NCBI GenBank assembly: GCA_965368975.1
Contig: CBDUPA010000020.1
Span: 1 to 64,000, forward strand
Direction of reading: 5' to 3'
Source of the DNA: an uncultured bacterium
GTDB taxonomy: Bacteria; Acidobacteriota; Thermoanaerobaculia; Multivoradales; JAHZIX01
Length of the DNA: 64,000 bases
Position numbers and translations under genes: made by a program. The notes under the pieces were generated by a model. That model saw only the letters and a list, made by a program, of their open reading frames with translations. It was not told the DNA's origin and made no database searches. Positions 43,046 to 51,200 of the stretch are shown in pieces. Each line of letters begins with the position of its first letter. The stretch's first letter is position 1.

Positions 43046-43099
43046 GTCAGTTCCTCGTGCAGTCGATGTTCTCGGGAGTAGGTACGCGAAACCGCGGCA

Positions 43100-44743
43100 T
43101 CACGCCCTTGGCGTGGCGGAGGTCCATTCAGCGATCCAGAGGGTGCGCTTTCCGGTGACCCGGAAACGGTGGTCGAGAGTAACCGTTGGAACCCAGACTA
43201 CTTGCCCTTCTACGCAGAGCAGCGGCAAAGAGTTCCGGAGTTCCCGGGGTACCCGGCGATCGATCAAGATCTCTTTGAGGCGGCGCTGGTAGGAGCAACC
43301 CAGAGGTTGAAGGCGATCACCGGCCCTACGGTTTCGAACGGTCACCTCCGCGCCATCCGCGAGTGGGAGTTCGAGGAAGGCGCGAGCGCGCACCAGGTTG
43401 CCAGCTTCGGGCTCGCTCCTGGGGGTGAAGAGTGCGCGCGCGTCGACCCCGCCATCCAGGCGGGCGGCCACGGCGCCCTGCTCACGGTAACGATGCCACT
43501 CGTCCGGCGACCCCCGACGTAACCGCAGCCGCAGAGACAGCCGTGGCACTGCCAGGGACCCTGGCACGCTCGTAGTATAGGAGAAAAACGCCAGAGCTGC
43601 AGGCGTTCGATTCTCTTCCCCTGCGCGGACGAGGTGCAGGCGACCCTGCTGAAGGCGCCAGCTCCAGCCGTCACCGCAGTCACAACCGATCCGGGGCGAT
43701 CGATCGCAGGTGGCCGCCAGCTGCCGCTGCAGCTCGCCGAGCGCGGCCGCGCTTGCCGGGTGCGCAGCACCTGCGTGCCGATGCAGGGCCGCTAATGCCA
43801 GCGGTTGCAGAGGGCCGGGCAACGTCAGCAGCCGCTGAGGGTCGATGCTCACCTCGCCCAACCGGACCTCTTCGGGTGTCGCAGCTCCGCCATCTGCGTC
43901 TCGGTTGTCCACGCCTCGGCAGTCCACGAAGGCGAGAAGAAACTCTTCGATCGCAGGCCTCGCTGCCTGCAGGCGCTGCGCCACTCGCGCCAGTCGCGTG
44001 CCGAGGGCGGTGCGCAGTCCCCGGTCCGGAGGGCTCCGGGTGCAGTCGTTTCTGCCCACCGCCTGGCCCTCGAGGTGTGGCAGCACGTAGTGGCGGATGA
44101 GATTGCGCGGTCGCGCCAGGTCCGCGTTGGTCGGGTCCGTCACCGGTTGCAAGTCCGGGGCAACCCGCGCGCGCCAGGTCGCAAGCTGCTGCCGCGAGCA
44201 GGTGAGCAGGGGGCGGACAATCGGTCCCCGTCGCAGCTGTACGCCAGCCAAGCCCAGGAGTCCCGATCCCTGTCGTAGTCGCAAGAGGACCGTCTCTGCC
44301 TGATCATCGCGGTGATGGCCTGTCAGCACATACCGCGCACCGAGGCGCAGCCGTAGCCGCTCCAGGGAGCGGTAGCGGGCGGCGCGCGCCGCGGCTTCGA
44401 TGCCGCCCTGGTGGCGTGCGTCGATCTGCAGCCGTTCGACCCGCGTCTCGACCCCCATCTGCCGAGCCAGCTCGACAGCGCGGCGTGCACGTTCCTGGGA
44501 ACCCGCGTCGAGGCAGTGGTCCAGATGAACGCTGACAATCAGCAGCTCGAGATCCGCAGCAAGGCGGGTGAGTGCCAGCAAGAGTGCTGTCGAGTCAGGG
44601 CCGCCGGAGAACGCGACGAGAACCCGCTCGCCGGGTGCAACCGGGGCGATTCTCCGCAGGCAGCTGTCGAGTACGCGGACGGGGTCCGGGGTGGGGTCGG
44701 GGCTCGGGGTGCCGGCTACAGAAGGTGGACGAATAAGCGGCAG
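43100..44743 (-). CDS. tilS: tRNA(Ile)-lysidine synthetase; start codon unresolved
   Basis: In-frame VLVAFSGGPDS (upstream of the TTG at 44581), HLDH.L, EAAARAARY, GHHRDDQAET, RPLL, DPTN...RNLIR, C-terminal RNRRAGDRL; no ATG/GTG/TTG upstream of the P-loop. Confidence 0.88.
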   Translation of the reverse strand: MPLIRPPSVAGTPSPDPTPDPVRVLDSCLRRIAPVAPGERVLVAFSGGPDSTALLLALTRLAADLELLIVSVHLDHCLDAGSQERARRAVELARQMGVETRVERLQIDARHQGGIEAAARAARYRSLERLRLRLGARYVLTGHHRDDQAETVLLRLRQGSGLLGLAGVQLRRGPIVRPLLTCSRQQLATWRARVAPDLQPVTDPTNADLARPRNLIRHYVLPHLEGQAVGRNDCTRSPPDRGLRTALGTRLARVAQRLQAARPAIEEFLLAFVDCRGVDNRDADGGAATPEEVRLGEVSIDPQRLLTLPGPLQPLALAALHRHAGAAHPASAAALGELQRQLAATCDRSPRIGCDCGDGWSWRLQQGRLHLVRAGEENRTPAALAFFSYTTSVPGSLAVPRLSLRLRLRRGSPDEWHRYREQGAVAARLDGGVDARALFTPRSEPEAGNLVRARAFLELPLADGAEVTVRNRRAGDRLQPLGCSYQRRLKEILIDRRVPRELRNSLPLLCVEGQVVWVPTVTLDHRFRVTGKRTLWIAEWTSATPRA

Positions 44744-44755
44744 GGGGGAAGAGGT

Positions 44756-44832
44756 TGGTGGCGGTGACGGGACTCGAACCCATGACCTAGCGATTATGAG
44801 TCGCTCGCTCTAACCAGCTGAGCTACACCGCC
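44756..44832 (-). tRNA. tRNA with CAT anticodon: probably elongator tRNA-Met, Ile2 not excluded
   Basis: GGCGGTGTAGCTCAGCTGGTTAGAGCGAGCGACTCATAATCGCTAGGTCATGGGTTCGAGTCCCGTCACCGCCACCA; G1-C72 pair and no 3-GC anticodon stem, so not an initiator. Confidence 0.93.
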
Positions 44833-44890
44833 AGTGTGCTGCGTCTACAGCATTCTTCCGCGCGCGAGGCGCGGGGAGAACGGAGCCGGC

Positions 44891-44920
44891 ATTATAGAGA
44901 GGAATGCACGGGAATGCCAG
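44891..44920 (-). promoter_or_regulatory. Putative sigma70 promoter for the tRNA(CAU)-tilS-ftsH operon
   Basis: CTGGCA-18 bp-TATAAT on the minus strand. Confidence 0.6.
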
Positions 44921-45098
44921 CTTTCCGGCTCGAGCCTCGGATGGCTGGCTCTAGGGGGAAGGCGCGGCATGGCGCAAATCTTGGACGGCCGCAGCGCGGT
45001 CCTTGGACTGCCGCTGGCTGCGGCCGCGGGTATCGCAGGCTACATCCGGATTCGGAGGGCGCCCCGCGATGGAACTCTGCCTGGAATTGCCCCGTCGA

Positions 45099-45374
45099 TC
45101 AGCGCAGGGACTGCTGGCAGCTGCGGAACTGACCAAAGAAGTCACGCATCGAGGTCGACAGCATCTCGTCGTTGAGGCGGTAGACCACGTTCTGTCCTTG
45201 CCGCTGGTCGACCACGAGCTCTGCTTCCTTGAGCACCGACAAATGGCGCGAAATCGTCGGCTGCGACAGATTGAAGTTGCCGACAATCTCGCCAACCGTA
45301 CGGTTCGAGGCCTCGAGCAAGCGAAGGATCTCTTGACGCGTACCATCTGACAAAGCCTTGAATACCTTGGTCAT
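45099..45374 (-). CDS. ArsR/SmtB-family repressor (SdpR-like)
   Basis: VFKALSDGTRQEILRLL...SQPTISRHLSVLKEAELV...RQGQNVVYRL; alternative start ATG 45419 with AAGGAG SD. Confidence 0.9.
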   Translation of the reverse strand: MTKVFKALSDGTRQEILRLLEASNRTVGEIVGNFNLSQPTISRHLSVLKEAELVVDQRQGQNVVYRLNDEMLSTSMRDFFGQFRSCQQSLR

Positions 45375-45561
45375 CTGCTTGCCCTCACGGTGCCCGTTGG
45401 TCGAAAGCATGGAATGCATGTTCCTGGCTCCTTTCTGGAGACTGGAGTTCTGGTTTGGGGGCTGCTCTGTAACGTAGACAGATCTAAGTGACGGAACGAA
45501 AGTGCATCGGATGTATTTCACACCCCTCATCAGATGCACAGAGTCTAGGCACTAGATATTG

Positions 45562-45589
45562 AATTTACCTTGAGAACTCGCTCAGTCAA
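45562..45589 (-). promoter_or_regulatory. Putative sigma70 promoter of the ArsR gene
   Basis: TTGACT-16 bp-TAAATT on the minus strand. Confidence 0.5.
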
Positions 45590-45763
45590 GTGGGCAGATT
45601 TGCTCATGTCCTGCGCAGAGAGGTGTAAACTTCTGTATATTCAAAACTTGAAGTCGGTTCAGCGGGCGAGGCAGGTGGTCTGGAGCGCATCCTTTGCAGC
45701 GGATCGCTCTCCTGAAAGGCTCCAAACAAGCGGGACTTCCAGGGATTCGAGCGCCAGAAACAG

Positions 45764-45792
45764 CAAGAGCCCCCGACCAGCGGGGGCTCTTG
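45764..45792 (-). terminator. Intrinsic terminator after sodA
   Basis: 12-bp perfect stem CAAGAGCCCCCG-ACCAG-CGGGGGCTCTTG, followed by CTGTTTCT on the minus strand. Confidence 0.78.
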
Positions 45793-45855
45793 AAGATCCT
45801 GCTTTGAGCGCAGACTTTCCTTGGACTGAGGCTCTCAGATTCGGCTATCTCGGGC

Positions 45856-46464
45856 TCAGCTCAACGCAGCAGCATAGCGGCTGGCAACCGCGTTCCAGTC
45901 CACGACATTCCACCAGGCACCGATGTAGTCCGGACGGCGGTTCTGGTAGTTGAGGTAGTACGCGTGCTCCCACACGTCCAGGCCCAGGATCGGGGTATCC
46001 CCTTGCATCAGCGGGCTGTCCTGGTTGGGCAGCGCATAGACTTTCAGCGCGCCGTTGCTGACCACCAGCCAACCCCAGCCGGAACCGAACTGACCACCGG
46101 CGGCCTTGGCGAACTGTTCTTTGAAGGCGTCGAAGCTGCCGAAGGTGCTGTTGATCGCTGCAGCCAGGTCACCGCTGGGGGCTCCGCCGCCGTTGGGGCT
46201 CATGGTCGACCAGAACAGGCTGTGGTTGGCGTGGCCGCCACCGTGGTTGCGCACGGCACCGCGGATAGCGTCCGGCACGTTGTCGATGCCTCGCAGCAGA
46301 TCCTCGACGCTCTTGCCGCTGAGATCCGCGTGTCCGTCCACTGCCTTGTTCAGGTTGGTGACGTAGGCGTTGTGATGCTTGTCGTGATGGATCTCCATCG
46401 TGCGCGCGTCGATATGGGGCTTGAGGGCATCGACGGCGTAAGGCAGGTCGGGCAGGGTGTACAT
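45856..46464 (-). CDS. sodA: Superoxide dismutase, Mn-type signature
   Basis: [40 protein letters not shown]. Confidence 0.95.
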   Translation of the reverse strand: MYTLPDLPYAVDALKPHIDARTMEIHHDKHHNAYVTNLNKAVDGHADLSGKSVEDLLRGIDNVPDAIRGAVRNHGGGHANHSLFWSTMSPNGGGAPSGDLAAAINSTFGSFDAFKEQFAKAAGGQFGSGWGWLVVSNGALKVYALPNQDSPLMQGDTPILGLDVWEHAYYLNYQNRRPDYIGAWWNVVDWNAVASRYAAALS

Positions 46465-46648
46465 ACTGATGGGCTCCTTCCTTGCGGGTGCGTATTCTTC
46501 AGTGTGCTAGGTAGTAAAGTGAGCGTGACGTCTCCGAGAACCGGGGACACCAACGCATAGCCGCTATTCTTACATGAAAGCGGACCGACCCAGTACGGAT
46601 TCGCTGCCGGAGCTGTCGCGGCAGCGAGAAAATCTCGCAAAATCCTTC

Positions 46649-46677
46649 TTGACGTCGTTCCTGCCCTTGTGTATCCT
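46649..46677 (+). promoter_or_regulatory. Sigma70 promoter of tRNA-Val/tRNA-Asp/rpmG
   Basis: TTGACG-17 bp-TATCCT with TGTG extension. Confidence 0.78.
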
Positions 46678-46698
46678 TGCGAACCCTGGCGCTGCGTA

Positions 46699-46775
46699 GG
46701 GGGGTTAGCTCAGCTGGTTAGAGCACCTGCCTTACACGCAGGGGGTCGCGGGTTCGAGTCCCACACCCCCCACCA
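46699..46775 (+). tRNA. tRNA-Val(TAC)
   Basis: GGGGGGT/ACCCCCC acceptor stem, CCTGC-CT-TAC-AC-GCAGG, GGTTCGAGTCC, CCA. Confidence 0.96.
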
Positions 46776-46804
46776 AAGCCAGATGTCAGATTCGGAAACA
46801 ATGC

Positions 46805-46881
46805 GGGGTCGTAGTTCAGCTGGTTAGAATGCCGGCCTGTCACGCCGGAGGTCGCGGGTTCGAGTCCCGTCGGCCCCGCCA
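46805..46881 (+). tRNA. tRNA-Asp(GTC)
   Basis: GGGGTCG/CGGCCCC acceptor stem, CCGGC-CT-GTC-AC-GCCGG, G73 discriminator, CCA. Confidence 0.96.
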
Positions 46882-46962
46882 AGTTGTCCAAGCCCACTCA
46901 TTCACTCCCCCCTCAACGCAGCACGTGTCCTTAGAACACGTCGTGAGTACGGAGCCGCAGCC

Positions 46963-47118
46963 ATGCGCGAAAAGATCAAGCTCGTCTCCACCGCTGGAAC
47001 CGGCTACTTCTACACCACCACCAAGAACAAGAAGAAGACGACCGAGAAGCTGGTGCTGAAGAAGTACGACCCGAAGATCCGCAAGCACGTCGAGTTCAAA
47101 GAAGAGAAGATGCGCTGA
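46963..47118 (+). CDS. rpmG: 50S ribosomal protein L33 (Cys-free form); not in the ORF track
   Basis: [51 protein letters not shown]; GGAG SD. Confidence 0.95.
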   Translation: MREKIKLVSTAGTGYFYTTTKNKKKTTEKLVLKKYDPKIRKHVEFKEEKMR

Positions 47119-47216
47119 CGGGCCACGAGCTCAGCTCGTCCTGAGCCGGGCCTCTGGACAGACACGCTCAGCCCGCGACACCCGCCAAGGCGGTTTGCCA
47201 AGGTGGTGTTGCCACG

Positions 47217-47245
47217 AAGCCGGTCTCATATTCGAGCCGGCTTTT
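47217..47245 (+). terminator. Intrinsic terminator after rpmG
   Basis: AAGCCGG(T)CTC-ATATTC-GAGCCGGCTT followed by TT. Confidence 0.65.
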
Positions 47246-47277
47246 GCTGCGTCCAGCGTTTCCCTCGGCGCCGCTCT

Positions 47278-48168
47278 TCAGCTCGTCCCGTCCTCAGGTA
47301 GCTCGATCCCCAGTCGGTGGGTCAGATCCAGGATCGAGTAAGCCCAGCGCGCCACTGCTGCGTCGACGAACAGTCCGTCCTCCGTCGCGAAGCCACCTCC
47401 GTCAGAGTCTTCGAACAGCTTCTTGACCTTCTTGGCCAGTGCGATCTGGTCCGGTCGCGGATTGAACGCTTCGTGCACCGGGTCCAGCTGTACCGGATGA
47501 ATGCAGGCGGCACCGAAGCAGCCGAGGGCCTTGCCCAGGTGCAGGCGTTCACGCCAACCGTCTTCATCCTTGAAGCGAACGTAGGTCGGTACCGTCGGGG
47601 AGGCGATGCCCGCCGCCCGAGACGCCACGACCATCTTGGAGCGCGCCCACAGCGTTGCTTCCGGGATGTAGGAGTTGGCGTTGATATCGCCGCAGAAATC
47701 GCGCTCGCCGAGGGCCAATTGCACGACCCGCGGGTGCCGGGCCACGGCCTCACAAGCGAGCAGGCCGGCGGCGCTCTCGACCATGCCGACGATCATGACG
47801 CTGTTGGGCTCCAGACCCTTGCGCTGCTCGACCTCAGCCAAGGCCGTGCTGACCACGTCCAACTCCTCGATGGCGTCGAGTTTGGCCACCCACACGCCCG
47901 CCACCTTGTCACTCAAGGTCTCGAGATCATCGCGCCAGTAGGGACTCCGGGGATCATTGGTCCGGATCCAGACCCATGGGCCGCCCTTACGGGAATAGGT
48001 GTCGACCGCGGTGATCACCTTGTCTCTCGCCTCGTCCTTGTGACTGGGGGCGACCGACTCTTCGAGGTCGAGGATGACGGCGTCGGCACCGGCTCCGAAG
48101 GCTTTCTGCAGGATGCGGTCCCGGTCGCCCGGCGCGAACAGGAAGGAACGTGTCAATGGCAGTCTCAT
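47278..48168 (-). CDS. CitE/malyl-CoA lyase (HpcH/HpaI aldolase-citrate lyase) family CoA-ester lyase
   Basis: RSFLFAPGDR, ADAVILDLEESV, WIRTN, MVESAAG, LGERDF, CIHPVQL..V.EAFNP. Confidence 0.88.
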   Translation of the reverse strand: MRLPLTRSFLFAPGDRDRILQKAFGAGADAVILDLEESVAPSHKDEARDKVITAVDTYSRKGGPWVWIRTNDPRSPYWRDDLETLSDKVAGVWVAKLDAIEELDVVSTALAEVEQRKGLEPNSVMIVGMVESAAGLLACEAVARHPRVVQLALGERDFCGDINANSYIPEATLWARSKMVVASRAAGIASPTVPTYVRFKDEDGWRERLHLGKALGCFGAACIHPVQLDPVHEAFNPRPDQIALAKKVKKLFEDSDGGGFATEDGLFVDAAVARWAYSILDLTHRLGIELPEDGTS

Positions 48169-48298
48169 GACGGGAGAGTATAGCGTCCGCTGCCGCCGCC
48201 CAGGGCATCGGAAGCGGTAAACTGGAAGCTCGCCGTGTGGTCCCGCGAGCCCGCATCTTGCCGATGTCCCTGCTGTTGCCGCCTGATGGAGAAGCCCG

Positions 48299-51200
48299 AT
48301 GACCGAGTCCACCGAAGCCTTTCGCCTCTCCCCTCAACAGCACCGCCTGTGGCGTCTCGATCCCGAAGGTCAGAGCGGCCTGCTGCAAGCGCGTGTTGTG
48401 CTCGAGATGGAGGGTCCAGTCCTGCCGGACCGGCTACGCGCTGCTCTGGAGCAGCTAGTCGCCCGGCACGAGGTGCTGCGCACCGGTTTTCGGGCTCAGC
48501 CGGGATTCAAGGTCCCTTTCCAGGTCCTCCCGGAAGACCGAAGTGTCGAATGGCACGAGGGGGCGGCACCAGGGGCTTTGACGCCGGAGCAAGTGCGCGC
48601 TGGTGGGCTGCATGCGTACTTCGAGCCCGAAGGCGCCGTCTCCCGGTTGCATCTGGCTGTGCCGTCGGCCTGCCTGGACGCGCCGGGCTGGACCGACCTG
48701 GTGAACCAACTGGCGGCGTTGTACGCTGGCGCGGGCACTGCGGACGGCGATGCCGACGTGGCGGCAGAACCGCTGCAGTATGTCGATTACGCGGAGTGGC
48801 AGCTGGAACTGTTGGAGTCCGATGACCCGACAGCCGTCGCGGGTCGCGAGTACTGGCAGGCGATCGACCTGCCCGCTCTGGCCAGTCCTCGTCTACCGAT
48901 GGAGTTTGACACTCCAGCAATCCCTGAAGCCGCGCGCTCGAGCGTCGACTTGGACCTTGACGCCAACCTTGTCTCTGGAGTCGAGGGGCTCGCCGAGCGA
49001 CTCGAGATCCCGGCGCTGGCGATCTGGCTGAGCGTCTGGCGCTGGCTACTCGGTCGCCACCTCCGGCGCACCGGTGACGGCGCCGAGCCAGGCCTCGTGG
49101 TGCGCTTCGACGGCCGGGGCTTCGACGAGCTCGAAGGCGCGCTGGGCGCCTTTGCCCGCTGGTTGCCGCTGTCGGCGGATCAGGGAGTCCTGCACGACGG
49201 AGGCAGTGCCCTGCGAGCCGAGGACTACCTGCGCCGCACGGCGACGATCCTCCAGGAGCTGGATCAGAACCAACCCTTCTTTGCCTGGCCGGAAGCGCAC
49301 GAGACGCTGGTGCCTGCTTTCGGTTTCGAACAGGACGCACCGCCCGAGGTCGTGCCGGCGGGAGACGTCGAGTTCCGGCTCACCGAGCGCTGGGTCGAGG
49401 GTGATCGGACGCGCCTCACACTCAGCGTGTTCGGGCGCCGCCTGCGACTGAGCTACGACCAGCACGCCTTCGACGCCACCGACGTCGAGCGGCTGGCCGC
49501 CGAGATCGTCTCTCTCGTGTCAGGTTTGCTCGCCGCGCCCGAGCAGCCGATGCCGCGACTTCCGTATTTGCCAGCGCGCGAGCGCGCGCGGGTGGTCGAG
49601 GCGTTCAACGCCCAGGCCGCTGCGGGCGACGCTGCCGGGTCCTGGATCCCCGATCGCATCCTGGATGCGGCCGCCCGCCACCCGGATCGTGTGGCGGTCG
49701 TGTTCGAGAACACCTTTCTCAGCTACGGTGCTCTCGATCACCTTTCGGCCCTACTCGCGTCACGTCTGCGGACGCTCGGTGCCGATGGCTGCGAAGACGG
49801 CTCCAGAGGAGTCAGCGTCGATCACACCGTTGCCCTGTGCCTGGAGCGCTCGGCCCAGTTGCTGATCGCCCTGCTGGGAATTCTGAGAGCCGGCGCGGCC
49901 TATGCGCCGCTCGATCCGGACCAGCCACAACGCCGTCTCACTTCAATGCTCGACGATCTGGCCAGCGATGCCGGGGACGCCAGGCTCGCCCCGGTCCTGA
50001 TCACCGACCGCACCACACCAGAAATTCTCCAGGAGTCTGCGCGCGCAACCCTGTTCCTGGATGACCTGGCTGCCGCGGCGGTGCGTGGTGAGACGCCGGA
50101 CCCGGCGGACGTTCGCTGCCGGGTGACCCTCGAACCGGCCAGCCTGGCGTATGTCATCTTCACGTCGGGTTCGACGGGACGACCGAAGGGAGTCGCTGTC
50201 AGCCACGCTGCGCTCCAGCACTATCTCGGTGGTGCGACCTCGGCGATGGATTTGCCCGCGGGAGCTACCTACGCCACCGTCTCGACCTTCGGTGCCGATC
50301 TCGGGAATACCTCGATCTTCCCAGCCCTGTGCACCGGCGGTACTCTGCACGTGTTGTCCCGTGACCGTGCTGCTGACGCTGCCGCCTTCGCCGACTACTT
50401 CCAGCACTACACCGTCGACTGCTTGAAGATCGTTCCCAGCCATCTGCAGGCACTCCACGAGAGTGCTGATGGTCGTCGCGTACTGCCGCACGGTCGCCTG
50501 GTCGTCGGGGGTGAGGCCTCCGAGCGCGACTGGCTGCAGCAACTGGCGGCGTCCACGCCAGGTTGCCGCGTCTTCAACCACTACGGCCCGTCCGAGGCGA
50601 CCGTTGGATCGCTGGTACGCGAGGTCGATCCAGGTACCCCGCTCGACCGCCGCTGCGCAACCGTGCCGATCGGACACCCCCTGCCGGGGAGCCGTGTCTT
50701 CCTCCTGGACGCGCAGGGGCGCCCGGTGCCAGCTTGGGTTCCCGGTGAGATTCACATCGGCGGATCAGGTCTCGCGCGCGGCTACTTGGGACGGCCAGCT
50801 CTGACCGCCGAGGTCTTCGTGCCGGACGCGCTGTCCGGTGCTTCGGGCGGTCGCTTGTATCGCACCGGTGATCTCGCGCGTCACGTCGGGGATCCAAGGG
50901 GCGAAGGTGTCGAGTTCTTGGGCCGCGTCGACCATCAGGTCAAGTTCCACGGTTTCCGCATCGAGCTCGATGAGTTACGCGATGTTCTGAACCAGCATGA
51001 AGGTGTGCGCACCAGTGTCGTGCGCTTGCTGCAAGACCAGCATGGACACGACGTCCTGGTCGCGTACTACGTGTCGCGCCACGAGCTGGAGTCGGCCGAC
51101 CTTCGAGCCACCCTGGCGGAGGAGATTCCGGAGGAGACGTTGCCCAACGTCTTCGTCCACCTGCGCAAGCTGCCGCTCAACCTCAACGGCAAGGTCAACG

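Noticed and set aside
44595-44783. 62-aa ORF starting at an ATG inside the tRNA as a possible tilS leader or frameshift partner
   Set aside because: The ATG is buried at the T-arm boundary of the tRNA, there is no slippery site with a stimulator, and the peptide is not TilS-like.
45502-45539. CTGATGA...GAAA on the minus strand resembling a hammerhead ribozyme core
   Set aside because: No stem II can form between CTGATGA and GAAA and there is no valid stem III/UH site; a simple hairpin explains it better.
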